Below, piece by piece: positions 47,132 through 56,122 of a DNA stretch of 64,000 bases. The stretch's first letter is position 1; each line of letters opens with the position of its first letter. The DNA lies in the IMG/VR virus record IMGVR_UViG_3300018890_000001, positions 96,628-160,627 of that record; one strand, 5' to 3'. Origin of the DNA: a virus. Made by a program: the position numbers and the translations under genes. The notes beneath the pieces were generated by a model that was not told where the DNA came from, ran no database searches, and worked only from the letters and a program-made list of their open reading frames with translations.

Positions 47132-49294
47132 TTATTGTGGTCTAAACTCGATTTGAGTTATAGGCGCTAACTTTTTCTCCTCAAGGATCGATCGCCCGAT
47201 CCAAATCCGCAACCGCTCTGCGATCTTAGATAGATCATCAGGTAGGTCACTGCGGAGCTTGTCTGTAATTGCTTTGATTTCGATGCCTTGAAGCTTTGCT
47301 TCTTTTTCGACATCGACTAGCGCGGCGTTGTAACCGCGATAGTATTCGCGATTGAGACTTGCTTGCCAGAGAATCCGTAACATCGGGATTTCGTGAAATA
47401 GCAAGTCCTCGGACAATATGTCCACGATGCTTTCGTTTGCTTCGGCTAATTCGTCAGCCAAATCAGCCAACATGAAAACGTATTCATTGAAATCAGTACG
47501 TGATTTCGATTTAGCGTGTTCGAGCTTCGCTTTTGCGAATCCATCTGGCGTTGCCAGACGGTAGATGTCTCGAATCGTGTCCGCGACCGGACACTTGTCT
47601 TCAGGGAAAACCCTGAAATCTTGATAATCTCTCACGAAGCTTGCGACTTCGGAGATGATATCGACTTCCTCGACTTCCTCCCCTGGTTCGGGGATTGGTT
47701 CTGCTTGGGCGATCGGATTGATTTCGATCGCCCGACACTCGAAAGTGCCATTGGTGTCAAGCACTTCTTGGACGAGTGCGTCCGGCAGTGCTTGCTGTTC
47801 TTTTTTGAAGCTAATGAAATGCGGCTCGTGTAGCACGCCGATACCAGCTTCTGTTTTGTCGTCGCTGAGGCGACACATCTCTGTGTCGCTGGTTGGCAGC
47901 GCTAACCTGAATCTCGAATCGAGATTTTCGATAATCTCTGCAAGTGCAACAGCACTCACGTAGATTTTGTACGGCGTGGTGTCGTACCCTTTGTTTTTTG
48001 GGCGTAACCTTACCTCACCGTCTTTGCCTTGAAAGATCAAAGCATCTTCTCCCCACCAAATCCGACAGTAGCTGTCGGTTGGATTTCTCCAATTCAACCA
48101 CCGTGTAACCTGTGACAAAGCTTGTAAAAACTCGTCCCGGTTAAATTCTGCGGGTACTTCCCGGCTAATTGGCAATTCATGCCAATCGCTTGGGTATTCG
48201 TTGACATCCATTAGTTCACCGCGCAGTGCGGCGCTTTCTGATGTCAGTACGAATTCGTTGTTTTCCTTGAAGTACAAGGAAATCATTTTGTCGTCATCCG
48301 ATTGGATTCGACAGAACTCGTCGATTCCACTTTGTGGAACCAAAAATCTTCCTGGGTTGTCCGATCGCCCAAGCTCAGCGCTATAAACACTGATACCTGA
48401 GAATCCTTTGATTCGGGTAGCTCCGGTATGGATTTCTACCCCAGCTAAGGCGTGATCAGATTGTGACCTGCGTGGCAGGCTTGCAACAACCTTGGTTGCG
48501 AACTTCATTTTTTTCCACTCTTCGGGAGTGAAGTTAATTCTGGCGATCGTCGGAATGAGGGTTTGTACCTCTTTATCGAATGCGACTAGATCACCGTTGT
48601 GATGAACGATTCGTAGGCGATCGTCAGGCATCAAGCAAACTGAGATTTCCCAGTCTTTTTCTAGACAAACTTCAATATCTTGTTGAGGGATATTGATAGT
48701 CTTGACTGTACCGTTTTTCTTTGTGACTTTGGTCGTCACTTCAGCGACTTTTTTTGTCGCTTTTAAAAGGTAGTTATCTTTCTCTAGAATGTCTTTCTGC
48801 GCCAACCTTTTTAGGTCCGGGCGATCGAGATAGAACACTTTGAACTGCTCTATTCTTTCTATGATACCCTCAACTTCGACGTATTCGTGGGCATAGCCCA
48901 TCGCTACAAGTTCGCCATCGTCGTCGTAGCAAACGTCGTCATCTTCGTTGTCGGATTCAAGTTGTATTTGTAGCACTTGAATTTTTTTTGGTGCTTCCGG
49001 GAGTAATGGCGTTTCTTTTGTTTCAGCCATTTTGTCTACTACTTGGAGAGTCACTTCCGCACAAGGGTATTCAGCGGGATTTAGCGCTGTTAGCGCTGCT
49101 AGTAATTCTTCCTGACATACAGTGATTCTGAAAACCTGCGTTTTGGTTGTCCCGATTGCAGGTAAGGCGATTGTGTATTCACCTTTTGCTGTAAGCTTTT
49201 TTCCGCTAAGAATAACAGAGTTATATGCCCAATCAATGGTGACTGTTTTTGCGTTTAACTTGGTTATCGCGTTGACTAGCTTTTGAATTTTCAT
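47132..49294 (-). CDS. Divergent DNA sliding-clamp (DnaN)-like protein with extensions
   Basis: ALAGVEI, FLVP, GELMDVNEYPSDW..LP...FNRDEFLQALSQV resemble beta-clamp domains 2-3. Confidence 0.55.
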   Translation of the reverse strand: MKIQKLVNAITKLNAKTVTIDWAYNSVILSGKKLTAKGEYTIALPAIGTTKTQVFRITVCQEELLAALTALNPAEYPCAEVTLQVVDKMAETKETPLLPEAPKKIQVLQIQLESDNEDDDVCYDDDGELVAMGYAHEYVEVEGIIERIEQFKVFYLDRPDLKRLAQKDILEKDNYLLKATKKVAEVTTKVTKKNGTVKTINIPQQDIEVCLEKDWEISVCLMPDDRLRIVHHNGDLVAFDKEVQTLIPTIARINFTPEEWKKMKFATKVVASLPRRSQSDHALAGVEIHTGATRIKGFSGISVYSAELGRSDNPGRFLVPQSGIDEFCRIQSDDDKMISLYFKENNEFVLTSESAALRGELMDVNEYPSDWHELPISREVPAEFNRDEFLQALSQVTRWLNWRNPTDSYCRIWWGEDALIFQGKDGEVRLRPKNKGYDTTPYKIYVSAVALAEIIENLDSRFRLALPTSDTEMCRLSDDKTEAGIGVLHEPHFISFKKEQQALPDALVQEVLDTNGTFECRAIEINPIAQAEPIPEPGEEVEEVDIISEVASFVRDYQDFRVFPEDKCPVADTIRDIYRLATPDGFAKAKLEHAKSKSRTDFNEYVFMLADLADELAEANESIVDILSEDLLFHEIPMLRILWQASLNREYYRGYNAALVDVEKEAKLQGIEIKAITDKLRSDLPDDLSKIAERLRIWIGRSILEEKKLAPITQIEFRPQ

Positions 49295-49306
49295 GTTCGT
49301 ATTAAG

Positions 49307-49369
49307 AAAGACTACTCTATTATTATACTATATATAATGTATCTGTAGTATAATAATAGAGTAGTCTTT
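49307..49369. promoter_or_regulatory. Perfect 24-bp inverted repeat forming twin divergent promoters
   Basis: AAAGACTACTCTATTATTATACTA-15-TAGTATAATAATAGAGTAGTCTTT. Confidence 0.9.
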
Positions 49370-49381
49370 TAAGGATCGATC

Positions 49382-51340
49382 ATGACATTTATCAATGTGA
49401 AAACCTTCAAAACCGCAATCTCGCTGATTGCCAAAATAAGTGATCAATATACAGCACTTCACTTGTCGAAAGATAGTGAGCTGTCATTCAGGACATGGTT
49501 TGGAAGCAATGGTTGGGTTAGTCTCCCAGTCGAGTCAAGTACGATTAAAGAAAGATCGAAAACAGCAAGTAAGTCAGTTACTGTTTCAACAGCATTGCTT
49601 GCTAAAATAGTGCGACAACTTCCAATCTTATTAGAAGAAATTGAAATTGAATTCGCACCGCCAGGATTAATAATTTCTGGCGAGTACGGTACGAAAGGGA
49701 AAGATCAACCGTTGTACTCGTACAGATACGAATTGGGGAATTGTTCATATTTCCCCGATGGTGAATGCGATATGACTGAAGAAAAGGTCATCGAATTTCA
49801 GGTAGGTGCAGAAATTGCTATCGTCCTGAGCAATGCAGCTACGCTTGCACAAAAATCTTCATATTCGATGTGGGACAATGTGTTTCTAGCTTGCAAAGAA
49901 GATGAAATTCTCATCACAGGAACAGACGGGCATCAACTGATGCAAAAATACGTCTATACCAAAGAGATGTTGACTCAAAATATAGATTTTGTAGTCAGTT
50001 CGGAATTAGGGCTGGCGATCGGAAAGTTCGCTTTCGAGATCGCCCACTTTGATATTTACCAAAACTTTGTCAAGGTAACACTTGATGATTCCATCGAAAT
50101 ATTCGCGGTTCGCCCATTAACGCCAGAAAAATTCCCTGACTTTGAGAAATGGGACGATAAGGCGCATCACACTACGCTTGTAGTTGATATTAATGAACTG
50201 AAGTCCCGGTTAAACAAGCTTGGGAAGGATGTTTGGATATGGCTATACGTAGAAAATGATGGAAGGCTGGCGATCGAATGCTTTGAAGGTGATAGCGTTG
50301 GAGTCTCATGGATAAAAAATACCTTAAAGACACCACCAGCGCTAATAGTCCTCAACAGCAAACGGTTGTTGCAGACATTGAAAACAGCCAAAAAAACAAC
50401 AACTCAAATACGATTAATGCTACCTAAATTAGTAGCAGAATCCGAGTTTGACGATTTCCTTAACGGAATTAATGACGACCGACGCAATGTAGCGTTCCTT
50501 GAGTTCGACAAGAATTCTCACCTCATTGCCGGACACAAAAAAGAAAAATTGCGGACACCTCCAGGTATTCGTAATTGGCTGATCGCTCAAGGGTGGTCAA
50601 TCTTGCCAGAGAGTAAACCCGTATCGACTGCTGCGAAATCAGTAGTTAAGATCCTTAGCGATCGCTGGACGGGTAAGGGTTGGGAAAAACCCGAACTCGT
50701 AGCCTGTGGTTGCGGGACGATTCATGACGAATCCGACCTAAAACCGCAACTCAAAAAAGTAAAAGGTTATTGCGACCACTGCGAAGATTATCGCGAAATC
50801 GCACTATATCAAATCGACTATCGCTGCATAAATCCAACGTGTAATACATTGAATCGCGCAATGGTCGATCGCCCACTACCTGTTCCGATCTGCATGAACT
50901 GCGGAAAGGATGAGTTCACAACGCAGCATCATTTTGAGTGCTGTGACTGTGAAAGACCTGTAACGGTCAATAATTGCAAGGTCTGTCCTTGTGACACGAT
51001 CTTAGAAGAAGACGCGGCAATGTGGCAATGTAGTGTTTGTGAATCTACTTTCTTCGTGGACGATATCTGTGACGAAGAAGATTTGCAGTACATTCAAGAA
51101 ACCGAAGCTGATGACGCTATTTTTGTCGGATGCCCGTGCTGTGAACGATTTGATGTTGAGCTGACTAGCTCACAAATGCACTCGTGTCACGAGTGCGGTT
51201 CTATAACGCACGATTCTTTTTACGTTCCGGCGATCGAAGCGCCTTCGCTTCCCTGTCCGGACTGTAATGAAGACCTAAGTGACGTACCACCACAAAAGAT
51301 TAACGATCCATTTGTGGTTGGTAGCGTGACACGGTTCTAA
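49382..51340 (+). CDS. DnaN-like sliding clamp fused to a multi-Zn-ribbon C-terminus
   Basis: ILITGTDGHQL, KFPDFEK, LNSKRLLQTLK; about 10 Cys knuckles in the last ~200 aa. Confidence 0.7.
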   Translation: MTFINVKTFKTAISLIAKISDQYTALHLSKDSELSFRTWFGSNGWVSLPVESSTIKERSKTASKSVTVSTALLAKIVRQLPILLEEIEIEFAPPGLIISGEYGTKGKDQPLYSYRYELGNCSYFPDGECDMTEEKVIEFQVGAEIAIVLSNAATLAQKSSYSMWDNVFLACKEDEILITGTDGHQLMQKYVYTKEMLTQNIDFVVSSELGLAIGKFAFEIAHFDIYQNFVKVTLDDSIEIFAVRPLTPEKFPDFEKWDDKAHHTTLVVDINELKSRLNKLGKDVWIWLYVENDGRLAIECFEGDSVGVSWIKNTLKTPPALIVLNSKRLLQTLKTAKKTTTQIRLMLPKLVAESEFDDFLNGINDDRRNVAFLEFDKNSHLIAGHKKEKLRTPPGIRNWLIAQGWSILPESKPVSTAAKSVVKILSDRWTGKGWEKPELVACGCGTIHDESDLKPQLKKVKGYCDHCEDYREIALYQIDYRCINPTCNTLNRAMVDRPLPVPICMNCGKDEFTTQHHFECCDCERPVTVNNCKVCPCDTILEEDAAMWQCSVCESTFFVDDICDEEDLQYIQETEADDAIFVGCPCCERFDVELTSSQMHSCHECGSITHDSFYVPAIEAPSLPCPDCNEDLSDVPPQKINDPFVVGSVTRF

Positions 51341-51438
51341 AACAAAAACCCAGAGATCGTCTTATCTCTGGGTTTTTTGATGTTAAATATATTTGATTTT
51401 CTGGTATAATAATAGAGTAAAGTTATAGAAACAAATTC

Positions 51439-51717
51439 ATGACAACTACAACTAAGAAAACCACCTTTCAATTGCTTGAAAGCTTGAATTGGTGTTCGCG
51501 GACTGAGTTCGCGATCACCGCGATCGTTTGGATAGTTAAGTACGGTATGTCGCTCAATGAGCCAGATATTCAGTCACAGAATTTTGTCTTAGTAATGTTC
51601 GGATGCTTCGCTTGGAGTGTTCCGTTTCTGATACTTCAAAGATGGGTCAAGAAAATTCCGAAAGGAATTGCATGGCTCTGGATCAAATTGATTCAGAAAC
51701 TTAAACTTGACACGTAA
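51439..51717 (+). CDS. Small two-TM membrane protein
   Basis: TGGTATAAT promoter; hydrophobic helices. Confidence 0.7.
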   Translation: MTTTTKKTTFQLLESLNWCSRTEFAITAIVWIVKYGMSLNEPDIQSQNFVLVMFGCFAWSVPFLILQRWVKKIPKGIAWLWIKLIQKLKLDT

Positions 51718-51727
51718 ACAATTAAAC

Positions 51728-51765
51728 AAAAAGCCCCGCAGGGTATTAATCCTGCGGGGCTTCTT
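51728..51765. terminator. Palindromic terminator; inverted copy at 52206-52243
   Basis: AAGCCCCGCAGG gtattaat CCTGCGGGGCTT. Confidence 0.9.
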
Positions 51766-51802
51766 TGTGTTTTCAATCAATTACTCAGTATCTTACAAAT
51801 AG

Positions 51803-52150
51803 TTAGCGGTTTACGTTTTCTTGCCAATTTTGCCAAAAGAGAAAACGACTTATATTGTCATTCCCACATAGCCAACAAGTTTCTTTAGATATATTTCTTG
51901 ATGGAATTGAGAGAAGCCAACCGTCTTCTTCTAATTCGTTCAATACTGACTCTGTTGCGACGTGCGTATCCCCTATTTTCTTAGCAATCGTCAGCATTGT
52001 GCTGTCGTCATCTTCGATAAAAGCTTTTAAGACTTTTCGCTTTATCTCGCTAAGCTCTCCGAACCGGATACTGAGTAGTATTACTTCGCTGTGTTTGTCT
52101 AGATATTTATTTGTAAGTTCTTTATCTATGTGTTTTAGTTTTTTGTTCAT
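51803..52150 (-). CDS. Winged-HTH-like protein
   Basis: TMLTIAKKIG......ESVLNELEEDGWL. Confidence 0.65.
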   Translation of the reverse strand: MNKKLKHIDKELTNKYLDKHSEVILLSIRFGELSEIKRKVLKAFIEDDDSTMLTIAKKIGDTHVATESVLNELEEDGWLLSIPSRNISKETCWLCGNDNISRFLFWQNWQENVNR

Positions 52151-52205
52151 GTTTTTGGGTTGTACCGTCTGTTTCTATCTTAGTGGGTGATCAGAGTCTT
52201 TAGTA

Positions 52206-52243
52206 TAAAAAGCCCCGCAGGATTAATACCCTGCGGGGCTTTT
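52206..52243. terminator. Palindromic terminator; inverted copy of 51728-51765
   Basis: AAGCCCCGCAGG attaatac CCTGCGGGGCTT. Confidence 0.9.
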
Positions 52244-52245
52244 TA

Positions 52246-53490
52246 TTATTTAACTTTAGGTTTGGTAACGGGTAGTTCTAGTTTTTCGACTAAGTAGTCA
52301 AAAATGCGCTCATCTGCACCAGAAGTTATTACCTTCCCCTGCGTGTTCAGTACGCCAATGCCACCAACTTCAAGCCAATCAGCATTGGCTTTAGTCCAGT
52401 CTATTAATGAAAGTTTTTGCAAAATGGCAAGTTTACCTTCACCTAAAGGTTCTGTGGTCGGCATAAACACACTTTCCAACTTACCGATCGCCTTGACAGT
52501 AATTGCGTGTGTGGCGATCGTCTCCCGTCTGACTATGACAGGATCTTGTTCCCAGTCTTTCATGACTTGAGAAATAGCGCGCCAATACTGACGAACTACT
52601 CGTTTTTGTTCGTCTATGGGGCTGTGCTTAATGTGTTTGCGAGAGAACTCGATCGCCTCCTGCAATGTTTTGTACGGGAAAATCTTTTCGCTTTTCCCAG
52701 TTATTGATGGTTTGCCGTATTCAATGCAATCTTGAGAAAATACGGAAATGCGATCGTCGTGATCTTGAGCGATAATGTGGGACACGAGGTGCGTCCCCGG
52801 ATTGCGGTGATCCATCGATTTCGATAGACCTGTTGAAACCCGCGTTTGCTCTTCATTGATATCGCGAAACGCTTGTCTGCGGGCAATCACGCCGTCAATC
52901 TTGTAAAGTGTAGCCGTGATATATTCATCAGCTAGCGTCGGGTCTTCTCGCAAAGCGAGATTTAGACCAAGCAGGCGATGTTGTCCATCTAGAGGAAACA
53001 GTTTTGTTCCCTCGTGTAAGCAAAGTTCACCGTATCGTCCACCAACTTCAAAGAAGTCAAATCCGCCTTGAATCACAATTGTGACTGCGGGAAGAATATG
53101 CGATGTCCTGTTTGCTAACAAGTAAACAGAGAGTTTTTTGACTTTCGGTCCTTTAACCTCACGTTGAATACGCTCCGGTTGCGGAACATTTTTTTCTGCA
53201 AATGTCAGTAGTTCTGAAAGATCACCAATTTTTAGCTGAACTGCATAAAATTCGCGGTCTGCCTGGATGCCTTTTAGTGCATCAAACTTTATCCAACATG
53301 GTTGGCTGGCGATCGGTTCGATCTGCTCTTCACCTATTATGGGTTTAGCAAATTCGACTGGTGTTTCCTCTTGAGAGGCATCTAACTGCTTTTGAGCTTC
53401 TGCTAGAGACTTCAACACGCCTGGTTTGGAGGAGGGCGAAGCTTTACTCGCGGGAGTCACCGATTTACTAGAACTTTTTTTGATTGACAT
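52246..53490 (-). CDS. DndB-like DGQHR-domain protein
   Basis: ERIQREV, ILPAVT, LDGQHR, RQAFRDINE. Confidence 0.85.
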   Translation of the reverse strand: MSIKKSSSKSVTPASKASPSSKPGVLKSLAEAQKQLDASQEETPVEFAKPIIGEEQIEPIASQPCWIKFDALKGIQADREFYAVQLKIGDLSELLTFAEKNVPQPERIQREVKGPKVKKLSVYLLANRTSHILPAVTIVIQGGFDFFEVGGRYGELCLHEGTKLFPLDGQHRLLGLNLALREDPTLADEYITATLYKIDGVIARRQAFRDINEEQTRVSTGLSKSMDHRNPGTHLVSHIIAQDHDDRISVFSQDCIEYGKPSITGKSEKIFPYKTLQEAIEFSRKHIKHSPIDEQKRVVRQYWRAISQVMKDWEQDPVIVRRETIATHAITVKAIGKLESVFMPTTEPLGEGKLAILQKLSLIDWTKANADWLEVGGIGVLNTQGKVITSGADERIFDYLVEKLELPVTKPKVK

Positions 53491-53601
53491 AAATGGAACT
53501 TATTGATCGACTACATTTATATTTATATTATTAGGTGGATATATTCAAGCAAAAAGAAACCCACCAAACCAATTAATTTAATTGGTTTGGTGGGTTTCTT
53601 T

Positions 53602-53934
53602 TTACCATTCGTCTCTAGTTATTTTTAGGATTGACGTGGTGTAGTTGTTGTTTTCAAACAGCCAAGACTCAATCTTATCCCAAGCGTGACTCGGTGACTC
53701 ACATAGAACAGGTAATTTTTGTCCGTCAGATAACTCGACTAGATGTACCGCCAGATCTTCAGTCCAGTAGTCCTCGTATTCGTCGTTATCTTCGACTTCT
53801 GTTTGTATAAACCAAGGGCTTTGTCTTTCTTGAGACATCAAATGTTCGACAATTGATACCGCTGTAGTGATTGCGTTACGTAGTGTAGCAGCAAAAGAAG
53901 CGATAGCTGTCAGTTGATTGATGAAGTAAATCAT
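53602..53934 (-). CDS. Hypothetical protein
   Basis: AGGAG SD before ATG 53934; long palindrome 53551-53602. Confidence 0.7.
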   Translation of the reverse strand: MIYFINQLTAIASFAATLRNAITTAVSIVEHLMSQERQSPWFIQTEVEDNDEYEDYWTEDLAVHLVELSDGQKLPVLCESPSHAWDKIESWLFENNNYTTSILKITRDEW

Positions 53935-54143
53935 TTGCTTGACTCCTGGTTTTGTGTATTGAGAAGGTTCTCTTCTCTTGTATGTACTAATTATACTATG
54001 TATAAAGAATAAAAGCAATAGTTGCGTTCTCATAAGCTATATAAAGCGGGCGATCGACCAACTTAATTCAATCACCCGTTTGTTTTACTTGTTTTGATAA
54101 TATTGCTATCGTACAATTAAAATGTACATCAATAGGAGTTATC

Positions 54144-54367
54144 ATGACTAACTGGGAAACAGTGTCTGACGAAATATTCTTGCAAGCACTAAGAAATCAC
54201 TGTGTCAAAACTTGGGTAGCGTTCCTGATGCACCAGAAACAGAATCCGAAAAACATACGGTAATCAGTAATGGTAAAAACTTCTACGACACATATTCTGA
54301 TTGGGTAGAAGAACTAGAAGAAGAAATTGCCAAATTGCAAAGCAATCCACTAAGGGTGATCGTTTAA
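54144..54367 (+). pseudogene. Small protein frameshifted at the A4 run near 54207
   Basis: AGGAG SD; MTNWETVSDEIFLQALRNHCVK then -1 frame NLGSVPDAPETES...LEEEIAKLQ. Confidence 0.55.
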
Positions 54368-54404
54368 GTCGATCGTCAGTAATTTTAATTAAGAAGAAAA
54401 CAAA

Positions 54405-54644
54405 GTGAACCAACCTGAGAGCAAGCGTATGATTAGTTTAAAGCGCGCAGTCCACTTGGAAATTGGTAACGTAGTCGCGTTACCTGAAGGCACAGGCATT
54501 GTTGAAGCTGTTCGTCAAGAGCCACCTTTCTTTGGTAATGACAATGTTATTCGTGTAGGCTGGGCTGATGGCATGGGGTCGGTACTGCGTAATTATTTTT
54601 TACTTTCTGAAGCAGTACAAGTCGTAAACGCGGGCGATATCTAG
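54405..54644 (+). CDS. Hypothetical protein
   Basis: 79-aa ORF before terminator 54686-54733. Confidence 0.6.
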   Translation: MNQPESKRMISLKRAVHLEIGNVVALPEGTGIVEAVRQEPPFFGNDNVIRVGWADGMGSVLRNYFLLSEAVQVVNAGDI

Positions 54645-54751
54645 GTAGGGTGTTGTGATCACTCATTTGAAATAAACCTCACAATAAAAAACAGACCTCT
54701 TTCAAGAGTTAACTTGAAAGAGGTCTGTTTTTTATTGGCAGGCGATCGCCC

Positions 54752-55594
54752 TTAGTCTGTGAAGTGAATTCTTGCTGGGCGTATCCGAGCTATGGCGACG
54801 GCATCTTCGTGAGGTATTGCACCGTCGAAATCCATCGCTTCAATTACGCGATCTTCCGCTCGTTCAATTACTCTCAAGACGTTTTCCGACAGATAATCGC
54901 GTGTTGGTGGGATATTACCAGGTTTGAGGTTGAAGTGCTTGCGGATATCGACAGCGGTGACACCCCAAAGCGCTTGGTAAATTTGGTTGGTGCACTGGGC
55001 ATAGACTAGGGAGAAGTCTAGCGGGCGATCGGTTTCATTTGTTTCTAGCCAGCCTTTGATGGCATCGGTCAATCCGCGTCGAACAACTTTCCCGGCAAGT
55101 CTTGCTTTGGTGCGTGCTTCGGCTTCCCCTGTTTTATACACTCGACCAAACTTGTCATCAATGATGATGTCGAGTGTCGTTGACACCAGAGCGGTTACGA
55201 TTCGACTCGCTAGTTCATTGTCTTGCTTGTCATGGTAGCGGTAATACTTGGCTGCGCTAATAGTGTCCCAGAGGTTGACTTTAGACCAAGCATTTTTAGA
55301 GTTCTTGTATCTCCCAGGACGATCAAAAACGATGTATTCTTTTTCTGATTTTACCTCCGCACGTAGAGAGCTTTGCAACGTGGTGGAACTGCTTTCTAGT
55401 AAGTCTTTTAGCTCTTTGGGTAGTCGATTTTGCAACGTGGTTTAGCGGTGTAATCCGATACTTTCGGCAAGCTGTCCTCCCGATAGGTAATTGATGAATT
55501 TGCCCGTAGTTGAGGAGACTTCGTTTGCTGTGTATGCGTCGATCGTGATTTTACCAATCGTAATTTCTGTTTTGAAAACAGTTAAAATTTCCAT
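54752..55594 (-). pseudogene. KilA-C-like/antirepressor protein with in-frame ochre stop
   Basis: MEILTV...IGLHR*TTLQ (TAA at 55442-55444) in frame with ARLAGKVVRRGLTDAIK...TNQIYQALWG. Confidence 0.8.
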
Positions 55595-56122
55595 AGTTGA
55601 TCTGTGATAGAGGTTGGCTCATGCACCAGAAGTTTGCGCTTCGTGGTGCTATTTATATTTTACTAGAATTTGACGCTGTTTGAGTCTTGACGGGACGAGT
55701 GGTGAAACGCGCTAACTACAAGACTTTCAGTATACATACAACGATTTTAAGACGGGTGGTTGCGTCTGATTTTTGCAAAGTGGTGGAAGTCTTGTCGGAG
55801 AAGGCTCTAGCGATTAAACTTATTGTTTTTGCAAAATTGTTCGATCACCTGTTATTACAACGCATTATGTATAGTGGTGGATTCTTTTCGAGGCAAAGGT
55901 TTTGGAGTTTTAGATGGTGTTTTATGTATAGTGGTTAGATCTCCCATAAAAACCATCAGGACGTGTCGCAAAACCCTTATCCGATCGCCCATCACACCCT
56001 TCAATCCCACCTACTAGATCGCCCAAAAGGTACAGATTTGGGCAAGCTGAGCGAGAATGAAGGGGACAACTAAATTTTCGCCCCACCTTCACCCAGGCAG
56101 CGCCATTACCGGCGCTTTTTTT

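Noticed and set aside
2420-53520. GTAG motif as NtcA boxes (GTA-N8-TAC)
   Set aside because: No consistent TAC half-site, and the motif lies at +1 rather than upstream of the -10.
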